A program made the translations under genes and the position numbers. Below, one piece after another: positions 21,725 to 30,738 of a stretch of 64,000 nucleotides of DNA. Positions within the stretch are counted from its first letter, which is position 1, and every line of letters begins with the position of its first letter. Source of the stretch: an uncultured Clostridia bacterium. GTDB taxonomy: Bacteria > Bacillota > Clostridia > TANB77 > CAG-508. Where the stretch lies: assembly GCA_944386415.1 (NCBI GenBank), contig CALXAY010000007.1, positions 167 to 64,166 of the forward strand, given 5' to 3'. Below the pieces are notes generated by a model, which saw only the letters and a list, made by a program, of their open reading frames with translations, was not told the DNA's origin and searched no databases.

Positions 21725-21823
21725 AGTAATTTTTTAGATTAGGTAATTTTGCGTAGGGAAATTAAGGGGTAGCAAAATTACCGACTAAGCGAAGCTTAAA
21801 TCTAAAAAATTACTCTAATCCCC
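21725..21823. repeat. ~100-bp structured intergenic element, copy 2
   Basis: Homologous to 11813-11910 with compensatory stem changes. Confidence 0.8.
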
Positions 21824-21834
21824 ATTTATTATGT

Positions 21835-21865
21835 GCTGTTTTTTTCCTCCGTCCTAAAAAACAGC
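21835..21865. repeat. 31-bp REP-like hairpin, copy 3 (inverted); probable ypeB terminator
   Basis: Reverse complement is GCTGTTTTTTAGGACGGAGGAAAAAAACAGC. Confidence 0.85.
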
Positions 21866-21873
21866 ACCTTTTT

Positions 21874-23250
21874 TTACATAGCTAATATTCCGTTTGGAGT
21901 ATTTGTTATAATTAATATATCCTCTTCTCTTCCATTTTCAGCATTTATATATACTAAAAACTCTTTATCTTCTACTTTTCCTTTAAATTCATAACAAAGT
22001 ATTTCTGTTTTCCATTCTGTAGGTATTACTGCTAAACCACTTGAAATTATTTCTAAATCATCATTCAAATTTTCTCTTGCTCTTTCTTCTGTAATTTTAA
22101 TATCATTAATATTTCTTACCGTATGATTATTTAAATATCCTGTTGTTTCTACACCCAAAATTTCTCCATTATCTAATGCTACTTTTACTTTTATTAAATC
22201 CGGATACATAATTACATTATCTTGCTTATATGCATAATTTATAGTTACTATTCCTTCTTGCTTTAAATAGTAGGTTTCTTGCATATTTATGAATCCTCTT
22301 GAATCAAGAAATTCTTTTGCTTTATTTTTAACTTCTTCATCTGAGATTATTTCAGCTGAAATATCTCTGTTAGCATTCATATTTACAACATGTCCACCTT
22401 TTTTAGATATTGATATATTTATAGTTTCATCATTGTTATTATTTACCGAAAAATCATATACTGGAATTGTTGCGTTCTCATAAAAACCTAAACTAGAAAT
22501 TTCTTTTATATTATCTTTTCCTATAAACTTTTCTGCTATTTCTTTTGCTTTATTTTCATCAACATCATCACCAGTTAATGCTTTTGGCTCATTACTAGTT
22601 AAATGCTCTGAATAAGCTCCATCATATATAAGTCCAGAATATTCATGAAAATTTTCTTCTAAATTACTAAAACTTTCTTTAGATATATTATCTACTTGTT
22701 GTGCAAATGCAACTGTTCCTTTTTCAGTTAATTCTCCCCAACTAAACCTTCCACTATTTAAATCTTCAGATAATTGATTTAAAGTATTTTCTAATTCTAC
22801 ACTATATGTGTGTAATTCTTTTAAATTATCAAAATCATCATCTGTTAATTTTTCATTATAAATATTTTTTCTAGATAGACTATAACTATAATCACTTACT
22901 TGATTTAAAAACTTTTCTGTGTTTGACAACTCTTGACTTTCTATTGGAAGTCTACTTAAATAACTTTGAGCCAAATTTGATTCTCTCCATAAATGAGTTA
23001 ATGTTTCAGCCCCATGTTCAGGTGTTGATGATATTAATGACTTTGCAAGATAATTTTCTACATTTTGAACATAATCAACCAACTCAAAAAATGCCATATT
23101 ATAGCTATTCTCTGATGCTTGTCTATATTCTTTTTGTTTTTGATACAAAATAACACCTAAAATAGCAACTATAATTAGTAATACACATATTACACTTAAC
23201 ATATGTCCTTTTTTTAATCTATTTTTCCAATCTATTAAAATATTTTTCAT
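21874..23250 (-). CDS. ypeB: Spore germination protein YpeB
   Basis: Downstream of sleB; LIYDGAYSEH, YPDLIKVKVALDNGE and C-terminal PepSY-like YINAENGREE. Confidence 0.93.
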   Translation of the reverse strand: MKNILIDWKNRLKKGHMLSVICVLLIIVAILGVILYQKQKEYRQASENSYNMAFFELVDYVQNVENYLAKSLISSTPEHGAETLTHLWRESNLAQSYLSRLPIESQELSNTEKFLNQVSDYSYSLSRKNIYNEKLTDDDFDNLKELHTYSVELENTLNQLSEDLNSGRFSWGELTEKGTVAFAQQVDNISKESFSNLEENFHEYSGLIYDGAYSEHLTSNEPKALTGDDVDENKAKEIAEKFIGKDNIKEISSLGFYENATIPVYDFSVNNNNDETINISISKKGGHVVNMNANRDISAEIISDEEVKNKAKEFLDSRGFINMQETYYLKQEGIVTINYAYKQDNVIMYPDLIKVKVALDNGEILGVETTGYLNNHTVRNINDIKITEERARENLNDDLEIISSGLAVIPTEWKTEILCYEFKGKVEDKEFLVYINAENGREEDILIITNTPNGILAM

Positions 23251-23264
23251 AATCTTATCCTTTC

Positions 23265-23735
23265 CTATTTACAAAATATATGCTTTCCTATTGTTTTTAC
23301 TTGTGTTCTAGACCAAATCCACTTATTTGTTGCTGTATCTGGATTAAAATAGTATATACAACCACCAGTAGGATCCCAACCATTCATTGCATCTCTTGCT
23401 GCTTTATATACTGAAGATCCCTCTTCAATAGGAACATTTATCTGACCATCTGCTACTGCCGTAAAAGCACCTGATTGATATATGACTCCTGCTATTGTAT
23501 TTGGGAACTCAGAGCTTTTTACTCTATTTAATATGACTGCTCCTACTGCAACTTGTCCTTCATATGTCTCTCCCCTTGCCTCTCCATTTATAGCTCTTGC
23601 CATTAATTGAATATCAGAAATATTAGACGTTGTAGCATAACTCACGTTTTGCTTTATAAAATTATTATCCAATATTATAACTAGAAATAATAATAAAATA
23701 ATAAATACAGCTATTATTTTTATTGACTTTTTCAA
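23265..23735 (-). CDS. sleB: Spore cortex-lytic enzyme (Hydrolase_2)
   Basis: LMARAINGEARGE, AVGAVILNRV and YYFNP motifs; TTG start after an AAGGTGA RBS. Confidence 0.9.
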   Translation of the reverse strand: MKKSIKIIAVFIILLLFLVIILDNNFIKQNVSYATTSNISDIQLMARAINGEARGETYEGQVAVGAVILNRVKSSEFPNTIAGVIYQSGAFTAVADGQINVPIEEGSSVYKAARDAMNGWDPTGGCIYYFNPDTATNKWIWSRTQVKTIGKHIFCK

Positions 23736-23858
23736 ATCATCACCTTTTCCTTTTTTCCATTTTTTATTATTTTGTATTAATTTCTTAAGATTTATTCTTT
23801 TTTTTGATATTTTTTGTTTTATGTGATACAATCTAAAAAAAATAAAAGGAGATTTACT

Positions 23859-24992
23859 ATGAAAGTTTTAATCTTTTATGCATCTTATGGAGGTGGACAT
23901 CTAAATGCTGCTAAATCAATTGAGAATTGCATAAAAAATAATTATATAGATATAGATGTAGAACTAATTGACTGTATGAAATATGTAAATAAAACTATTG
24001 AAAAAGTTACTACAGCTGCTTATAGGGAAATGGCAAAAAAAGTTCCTTGGGCTTGGGGAAGAATTTATTCTGATGCTCAAAAAGGACCACTAGCACACAT
24101 TACAACAAGATCTAATAAGATTTTAGCAGTCAAATTGCTAAGACTTTTACGTGAAAAAAATCCTGATTTAATCATTTCTACGCATCCTTTTGGAAGTCAG
24201 ATGTGTAACTATTTAAAAAGAAAAAACAAGATAAAAGCAAAAATAGCAACTATAATGACAGATTTTGCACCACATGATCAATGGCTTGTAGGACATGAAT
24301 TTACTGATTATTTTTTCGTTGCACATGATAAAATGAAACAATATTTAATTAGTAAAAATATTCCTGAGGATAGAATATTTTCTACTGGAATACCTATTTC
24401 CGAAAAGTTTAATGAAAAATATAATAAATCTGAAATTATTAAAAATTACAATTTAGAAGAAAATAAATTTACTATTTTGTTTTTCGGTGGCGGTGAATTT
24501 GGACTTGGTAAAACTAGAACAATTCAAATATTTGATAATTTTGTCCAAGAAACAAAAAATAATAATATTCAAATAATTGCCATTTCTGGTAAAAATCCTA
24601 AGATGAAATCTGCTTTTGAAGAAATAGTAAATAAAAATAAAGCAGAAAACAGTGTTATAATAATAGGTTTTTCAAATGAAGTTCCAAAACTTATGAGTAT
24701 TTCAGACCTTGTAATTACTAAACCTGGAGGGCTTACTACTTCTGAAAGTTTAGCATCTAACCTTCCTATGGTTGTAATTAACCCTATTCCTGGTCAAGAA
24801 GAAGAAAATGCTGAATTTCTTGAAAGCAAAGGTATTGCTATTTGGATAAAGAAGGATAGCGATAGTAAAAAAATGATTGAAGAATTATTATCAAATAAAG
24901 AAAAATTAAAAGAAATGAAGGAAAATACTAATATTTTAGCAAAACCTAATTCAACACTAGACATTTGTAAAATATTATTTTTTAAAAAATAA
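23859..24992 (+). CDS. MGDG synthase/UgtP-like glycosyltransferase (GT28)
   Basis: GGGH, ISTHPF, TKPGGLT and PIPGQEEEN motifs. Confidence 0.9.
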   Translation: MKVLIFYASYGGGHLNAAKSIENCIKNNYIDIDVELIDCMKYVNKTIEKVTTAAYREMAKKVPWAWGRIYSDAQKGPLAHITTRSNKILAVKLLRLLREKNPDLIISTHPFGSQMCNYLKRKNKIKAKIATIMTDFAPHDQWLVGHEFTDYFFVAHDKMKQYLISKNIPEDRIFSTGIPISEKFNEKYNKSEIIKNYNLEENKFTILFFGGGEFGLGKTRTIQIFDNFVQETKNNNIQIIAISGKNPKMKSAFEEIVNKNKAENSVIIIGFSNEVPKLMSISDLVITKPGGLTTSESLASNLPMVVINPIPGQEEENAEFLESKGIAIWIKKDSDSKKMIEELLSNKEKLKEMKENTNILAKPNSTLDICKILFFKK

Positions 24993-25018
24993 AAGAGTTC
25001 ATTCACTTTGAACTCTTT

Positions 25019-25618
25019 TTACATTTTTGTCCTTCCTTCTAAAGCTTTTGTTAAAGTTATTTCATCAGTATATTCCAAATCTCCACCTACAGGTATTCCA
25101 TGTGCAATCCTAGTTACTTTAATACTTAATGGTTTAATAAGTTTTGATAAATACATAGCTGTTGCTTCTCCTTCAACTCTTGGATTAGTAGCTAAGATTA
25201 CTTCTTTTACTTCTCCACTCATTAACCTTGAAAGAAGTTCTTTTATTTTAATATCATCTGGTCCTACTCCATTCATTGGCGATATTGAACCATGAAGTAC
25301 ATGATAAACCCCTTTAAATTCATGTGTTTTTTCCATAGCAACAACATCTCGTACATCTTCAACAACACAAATTACACTTTTATCTCTTTTAGGATTACCA
25401 CATATATTGCAAGGGTCTGTATCTGAAATATTATAACAAATACTACAATATTTTAAATTTTTCTTAGCATTTATAATTGACGAAACAAATTCATTTGTTT
25501 CGTCCTCTGAACAATTAAGCATATAAAATGCAAGCCTTGCCGCCGTTTTATGTCCAATACTTGGTAATCTTTCAAAACTCTCAATTAATTTTTCTATTGA
25601 TGGTGAATACAATGACAT
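25019..25618 (-). CDS. recR: Recombination protein RecR
   Basis: [14 protein letters not shown]4 zinc finger and Toprim domain. Confidence 0.98.
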   Translation of the reverse strand: MSLYSPSIEKLIESFERLPSIGHKTAARLAFYMLNCSEDETNEFVSSIINAKKNLKYCSICYNISDTDPCNICGNPKRDKSVICVVEDVRDVVAMEKTHEFKGVYHVLHGSISPMNGVGPDDIKIKELLSRLMSGEVKEVILATNPRVEGEATAMYLSKLIKPLSIKVTRIAHGIPVGGDLEYTDEITLTKALEGRTKM

Positions 25619-25649
25619 CCTTATTCCTCCAACTTTAAATGACTTTTAT

Positions 25650-25997
25650 TTAAAGTCCTAATCCTGGTATATTATATTTTCCAAGAGATTGTGCTTGTGC
25701 TGAATCAACCTGTCTTAAAGCTTCGTTAACACATGTTAAAACTAAGTCTTCTAACATTTCCACATCATCTGGATCTACCACCTCTGGTTTTATTTTGATT
25801 TCTTTAATCATCTTTTCCCCTGATACTTTTACATTCACAGCTCCGCCTCCTGCAGAAGCCTCAAATTCTTTGTTAGCAAGCTCTGCTTGTGATTTTTCCA
25901 TATCTGCTTGCATTTTTTTTGCTTCTTTCATTAAACTATTTAAATTCATTCCTCCGAATCCTCCCATTCCTCCTGGGAAACCACCTCTTTTTGACAT
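25650..25997 (-). CDS. ybaB: Nucleoid-associated protein YbaB/EbfC
   Basis: AGGGAV and [12 protein letters not shown] motifs; dnaX-ybaB-recR synteny. Confidence 0.95.
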   Translation of the reverse strand: MSKRGGFPGGMGGFGGMNLNSLMKEAKKMQADMEKSQAELANKEFEASAGGGAVNVKVSGEKMIKEIKIKPEVVDPDDVEMLEDLVLTCVNEALRQVDSAQAQSLGKYNIPGLGL

Positions 25998-26057
25998 TAT
26001 AAAATCCTCCTTTAATTTTTATTTTTCTTTATTTTTTAATCTCTTATCTTTAACTTA

Positions 26058-27695
26058 TCATTCAATAATATTAAACGGTATATCTGAATCTTTTGCAAAT
26101 TTTTGTAAGTTTTCTTCTTCTGTTTTTTTATAAGCATTGTTATTTCCAGATACATATTTTATTTGCATTGGCTTTCCACAAGCCATAGAAACCATTGTTG
26201 AAATTTCTTTAATATTTTCTGGTTTTTCTAAAATAGCTCTATCAAATGAACTCATACCATTTGGAAACTCTATTCCCACTGTCATATCATTAATTTCATT
26301 TGCTTTAGTATTTTTTAAGCTTGTACATAGAACTATCTTTCCATTTTGCCTTAATTCATTAATGATTTGCGGCCAATATTCATCAGCTTTATTCGAAAAT
26401 TTTTTTGTCTCACTTGTAGTCTTAGACTTAGAAATATTTTTAGTTTGAGTTAAAGCTGTATTTGGCATATTTTGAACAACTTCATTTATTTGATTATTTC
26501 TTTGTGATATAACACTATTTGTATTTATTTCCGTACTATTTACAGCGATTCTCTTTCCTGATTTTAAATATTTTTCTATTTTCTCTATTCTCTCTTCTAA
26601 ATTTGTACTAATCTCAGCTTGTTTACTGCATAATTTAATTATTCCTGCTTGGAATACTATAGTTTTTTGTGTTGACCACTTTATATCACTTTCTAGTTCT
26701 GATAGTTTATAGACTAAATCAATTAATTTTTCTTTTGTTACATCTTTTGATACTTTTTCAATTGATTTTAATTCTTCTTCTGTATATAAATCTAAGTTCT
26801 TAGAAGTTTTAAATACTAATATATCTTTAACATATTTTATCATTTCCCAAAGTAGATTTGTAATATCTTTTCCATCATTTAGAACTATATCTATTCCTTC
26901 TAGAACTTTATCTACATTATAATCAATAATTCCTTCTACTATATTATGAACATAAGTTATTTTTGGAATTCCAACTAAATCCCTTATCTTATTTTCATCA
27001 ATTTTATTTTCGCCATCTTGAATACATCTTTCTAAAATAGATAATGCATCTCTCATAGCTCCTTCTGCTAACACTGCAATCATTTGCATAGCTTCTTCTG
27101 TTATTTCTATATTACTCTTACTGCAAACTGCTTTTAATCTTTTAATAATATTGTCATTTGATATCCTTTTAAAATCAAACCTTTGACATCTAGAAAGTAT
27201 CGTTGCAGGTAATTTTTGTGGCTCTGTTGTGGCTAGTATAAATTTAACATGTTCCGGTGGTTCTTCTAAAGTTTTTAACAAAGCATTAAAAGCTCCTGTT
27301 GTTAACATATGAACCTCATCTATAATATATACTCTATATTTTGCTTTTGTTGGTAAAAAGTTTACTTCCTCACGAATAGCCCTTATATCTTCTACACCAT
27401 TATTAGAAGCTGCATCCATTTCAACGATATCTGTAAGTGAACCATTTATTGCTCCTTTACATATTTCACATTCATTACAAGGTTCTCCATCTTTTGGATT
27501 TAAACAATTAATCGCTCTTGCTAAAACCTTTGCTGCTGATGTTTTTCCTGTACCTCTTCCACCATTAAACAAATATGCATGTCCTACTCTTCCCGCAATA
27601 ATCTGATTTCGTAAAGTTCTTGTTATATGCTCTTGACCTACTATCTCTGAAAATGTAAGTGGTCTAAATTTTCTATAGAGAGCTGTGTATCCCAA
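26058..27695 (-). CDS. dnaX: DNA polymerase III gamma/tau subunit
   Basis: ALYRKFRP, GRGTGKT and IIDEVHML motifs. Start moved to TTG 27695 because the longer ORF overlaps the SRP RNA. Confidence 0.97.
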   Translation of the reverse strand: MGYTALYRKFRPLTFSEIVGQEHITRTLRNQIIAGRVGHAYLFNGGRGTGKTSAAKVLARAINCLNPKDGEPCNECEICKGAINGSLTDIVEMDAASNNGVEDIRAIREEVNFLPTKAKYRVYIIDEVHMLTTGAFNALLKTLEEPPEHVKFILATTEPQKLPATILSRCQRFDFKRISNDNIIKRLKAVCSKSNIEITEEAMQMIAVLAEGAMRDALSILERCIQDGENKIDENKIRDLVGIPKITYVHNIVEGIIDYNVDKVLEGIDIVLNDGKDITNLLWEMIKYVKDILVFKTSKNLDLYTEEELKSIEKVSKDVTKEKLIDLVYKLSELESDIKWSTQKTIVFQAGIIKLCSKQAEISTNLEERIEKIEKYLKSGKRIAVNSTEINTNSVISQRNNQINEVVQNMPNTALTQTKNISKSKTTSETKKFSNKADEYWPQIINELRQNGKIVLCTSLKNTKANEINDMTVGIEFPNGMSSFDRAILEKPENIKEISTMVSMACGKPMQIKYVSGNNNAYKKTEEENLQKFAKDSDIPFNIIE

Positions 27696-27723
27696 TTTTT
27701 TTCTCACATCCTTCATATAAAAA

Positions 27724-27863
27724 ATGGTAGATACTCCAAATCTCTCTATGGAAAGTATTCCACATAAAGATAAACTACTTATTGCTGCTTCCTCCCGGAC
27801 CTGACAAGATTCATAGGTCTTTATTGGTATACTCTCCATACAAAGATTCATCGTATATACCAT
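27724..27863 (-). ncRNA. ffs: SRP RNA (4.5S/scRNA), short form
   Basis: Domain IV TGTCAGGTCCGGGAGGAAGCAGCA; complementary termini ATGGTATATAC/GTATCTACCAT; upstream of dnaX. Confidence 0.93.
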
Positions 27864-27867
27864 TTGT

Positions 27868-27896
27868 ATTATATAATGAATTTCATATTTTATCAA
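27868..27896 (-). promoter_or_regulatory. Sigma-A-type promoter of ffs
   Basis: TTGATA-17 nt-TATAAT just upstream of the SRP 5' end. Confidence 0.7.
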
Positions 27897-27904
27897 GTAA
27901 AATT

Positions 27905-28675
27905 TTAATTTTTCGTTCTTTTAAATACTATATCATCTAGATTAGTTATTTCTTTTGATGATGTTCCATTTTCTACAACCCCTTCTACTGGTAAATCTAA
28001 TGATATATTTGCTTTATATTCTTTTCCTTCTTCTGTTGTTATTGTCAAATCAAATACCAATTTTGATTTTAAATCTTCTTCATTTACATTAGCACTTTTT
28101 AACAGCTGATTTGTTGTTATTGTATTAGTTGTTGCTACATCTGATGTATATTCTGCAACACCATTATTAGCATACCTAAAAAATATAACTCCTCCTTGAT
28201 TTCCAATTACTAAGTTTTTAATGTCTGATTCTAAACCTCCGTTAAATTGTATTGATTGTATTTCATTTTCTTTAGTATTACTAAAATTCCCACCTGTCTC
28301 TGATATATTGGGTCTATAAAATTTAACTGTTCCTAATTCCTTATTTCTTTGTATATTTATTCCATCAATAATTATACTTCTTATAGCCTCTTCTTCTTTA
28401 TAATTATCATTTTTTTCTAAGTATATATATATATCATTATTTTGATTGATATCAAAAGCCCAGCTGGTATATTCTCCTTCTTGATTTTTATCTACACCAT
28501 CTGATGTACTTATTAATGTAATTTTAGTTATATAAAAAGGCATATTAGTTTCGCCTTCTACTTGGTATTTTAATATCATAATTCCAGCTACAAATAATAT
28601 AACTGCTATTATTATAATTGTCATACATATATGAAATGCTTTTTTACTCGTTATGTATTTTATCTTATCTATCAT
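27905..28675 (-). CDS. Hypothetical membrane-anchored protein
   Basis: Single N-terminal TM; AGGAGGAG RBS. Confidence 0.75.
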   Translation of the reverse strand: MIDKIKYITSKKAFHICMTIIIIAVILFVAGIMILKYQVEGETNMPFYITKITLISTSDGVDKNQEGEYTSWAFDINQNNDIYIYLEKNDNYKEEEAIRSIIIDGINIQRNKELGTVKFYRPNISETGGNFSNTKENEIQSIQFNGGLESDIKNLVIGNQGGVIFFRYANNGVAEYTSDVATTNTITTNQLLKSANVNEEDLKSKLVFDLTITTEEGKEYKANISLDLPVEGVVENGTSSKEITNLDDIVFKRTKN

Positions 28676-28691
28676 ATGCTCCTCCTAAATT

Positions 28692-29168
28692 TTAAGCATC
28701 TTTCTTATTTTTCTTAAATTCTCTTAATTTTTTAAAAAAATCTTTTAAGATTTTTTCACATTCATCTTGCATTATTCCTTGTTCTATTTCTACATTATGA
28801 TTAAATTTATAATCTTCAAACAAGTTAAAAACAGAACCTGCTGCTCCTGTTTTTTCATCTAATGTTCCTATATATAATTTTTTTATTCTCGCATTAATCA
28901 TAGCTCCTGCACACATTGAACATGGTTCTAATGTTACATACATTTCACAATCTAGTAGTCTCCAAGATTCAAGTTTTCTACTTGCTTTTTGGATTGCAAG
29001 TATTTCTGCATGTTTTGTTGTATCTTTTTTTGTTTCTTTTAAATTATGAGCTCTCGCAATAATTTTCCCATCCTTTACAACAATTGCTCCTACTGGAACT
29101 TCTAATTTGTCATATGCTTTTTTTGCTTCTTTTAGAGCTTCTTTCATAAATTTTTCTTTATCTTCCAT
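28692..29168 (-). CDS. tadA: tRNA-specific adenosine deaminase
   Basis: EVPVGA, HAE and TLEPCSMC motifs. Confidence 0.96.
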   Translation of the reverse strand: MEDKEKFMKEALKEAKKAYDKLEVPVGAIVVKDGKIIARAHNLKETKKDTTKHAEILAIQKASRKLESWRLLDCEMYVTLEPCSMCAGAMINARIKKLYIGTLDEKTGAAGSVFNLFEDYKFNHNVEIEQGIMQDECEKILKDFFKKLREFKKNKKDA

Positions 29169-29178
29169 AATATAATAA

Positions 29179-29254
29179 TGGTGTGCCTAGAGGGAATTGA
29201 ACCCCCATCTGTCGCTTAGGAGGCGACTGCTCTATCCGTTTGAGCTATAAGCAC
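29179..29254 (-). tRNA. tRNA-Arg(CCU)
   Basis: Acceptor GTGCTTA/TAGGCAC, anticodon arm GTCGC-CTCCTAA-GCGAC, T-loop TTCAATT, encoded CCA. Confidence 0.95.
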
Positions 29255-29388
29255 ATTTAAATTCTCCTTGTTTTCTCTATTTATTACTTAAATATTATAA
29301 AATATTTATTATAGAAAGTCAAACAAACTTATTTTTGTTTAATTAAAAAGAATGAAAGAAAAATTTCTTCCATTCTTTGGTTAACTAA

Positions 29389-29789
29389 CTAGTATCTTAC
29401 AATTATGTACCTCCCTCCTAGTTTCCAAAACATACCAACAACAAAAACTAGTCCCAGAATTATGGCATTTATCGCCATAACGTAGAATACCTTTTCAAAA
29501 ACTTCAAGAAAACTTATCTTCTTCCTAATCATAACTCCTCCTTCCGCCAAGGCAATTGCTATCATGATAAATACAATGCTATCAATACTCATGGATATGA
29601 AGCCGCTATAATCTGCTAGTGCAAAGATTCCAATCCAAAGTATCTGTGCTTCGATGATGCTAAAAACATAAATCACCTTTGCCGCAGTTTTCCGTCCAAG
29701 TTCTTGTAATATTCCTCCAAAGACACTGGTAAGTATTACGGGTACAAAAGAAAACAAAAAGCAAAAATTGCATGAATACTAATCATCAT
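29389..29789 (-). pseudogene. Orphan multi-TM membrane protein; probable T-run frameshift near the start
   Basis: GAAAGGGG RBS and ATG at 29789 run out of frame with the 29389-29757 hydrophobic ORF across a T-run. Confidence 0.5.
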
Positions 29790-29953
29790 TAACCCCTTTC
29801 TGTTTTTTCTATTCAAATTTTTGAATAGAAGCTATACAGTATACATAATTATATTATAGTGCAATCACTTAAAATTTACAAACTAGTTTCTACTGTTACA
29901 CCACTATAATGTAATAATTTTAAAATTTGACAATGTCTGTTATAATTATATAG

Positions 29954-30679
29954 GTGATAAAAATGCAAAAAATATTAAGTCATATGAGAAAAGCAATAGA
30001 AGAATATAATATGATAGAAGAAAATGATAAAATAGCTATTTGTCTGTCAGGAGGAAAAGACTCAATAACAATGCTACATGCATTTAAAAATCTTCAAAGA
30101 TTTTATCCAAAAAAATTTGAAATAGTTGCGATAAGTATAGACCCTGGTTTTAATTTTTTCGATACAAGCTTTCTTCAAAAAATTTGCGATAATTTAGAAA
30201 TACCTTTATTTATTGAAGAAACACATGCAAAAGAAATTGTTTTTGATATAAGAAAAGAAAAAAATCCTTGTTCTTTATGTGCTAATCTAAGAAGAGGTGT
30301 TATTAATTCAATAGCTATAAGAGAAAATTGTAATAAAATAGCATTAGGGCATAATCAAGACGATGTTTTAGAAACTTTTTTATTAAATTTGTTTTATACA
30401 GGAAGTATTGGAACTTTTGCTCCTATAAGTTATATGGATAGAACAAAAATAACTTTAATTAGACCTTTAGTATATACCCCTGAAAAAGATATTAAAAGAT
30501 TTATAAAAAAGAATACTTTAACTGTTATGCCAAAAGTTTGCCCGATGGATGGAAAATCAAAGCGTGAAGATATGAAACAATTAATATATACTCTTGGAAA
30601 AAACATTCCTATGATTAGAGCTAATTTATTTGGAGCAATAAGAAGAAACCTTCCAGAATGGAAATTATATAATAAATAA
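29954..30679 (+). CDS. ttcA: tRNA 2-thiocytidine synthesis protein TtcA family
   Basis: PP-loop SGGKDS, CSLCANLRRG and GHNQDD motifs. Confidence 0.9.
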   Translation: MIKMQKILSHMRKAIEEYNMIEENDKIAICLSGGKDSITMLHAFKNLQRFYPKKFEIVAISIDPGFNFFDTSFLQKICDNLEIPLFIEETHAKEIVFDIRKEKNPCSLCANLRRGVINSIAIRENCNKIALGHNQDDVLETFLLNLFYTGSIGTFAPISYMDRTKITLIRPLVYTPEKDIKRFIKKNTLTVMPKVCPMDGKSKREDMKQLIYTLGKNIPMIRANLFGAIRRNLPEWKLYNK

Positions 30680-30696
30680 TAAAATTACAAAATATT

Positions 30697-30736
30697 AAAA
30701 GCTGTTTTTTGAGTACGTCCCAAAAAACAGCTTTTT
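30697..30736. terminator. Bidirectional terminator; variant of the REP-like hairpin
   Basis: AAAAGCTGTTTTTTG-AGTACGTCC-CAAAAAACAGCTTTT between convergent ttcA and pgm. Confidence 0.75.
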
Positions 30737-30738
30737 AC

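Noticed and set aside
19371-21865. 31-bp repeats as a CRISPR array
   Set aside because: The copies are dispersed, in mixed orientation, with no regular spacers and no cas genes.
27696-27896. N-terminal extension of dnaX, which contains an in-frame CGG
   Set aside because: It overlaps the SRP RNA and its promoter, so it is not coding and does not count against the CGG pattern.
29179-29254. The tRNAs in this window as frameshift-suppressor tRNAs
   Set aside because: Both tRNA-Arg(CCU) and tRNA-Ser(GCU) have normal 7-nt anticodon loops; any CGGN decoder must be encoded elsewhere.
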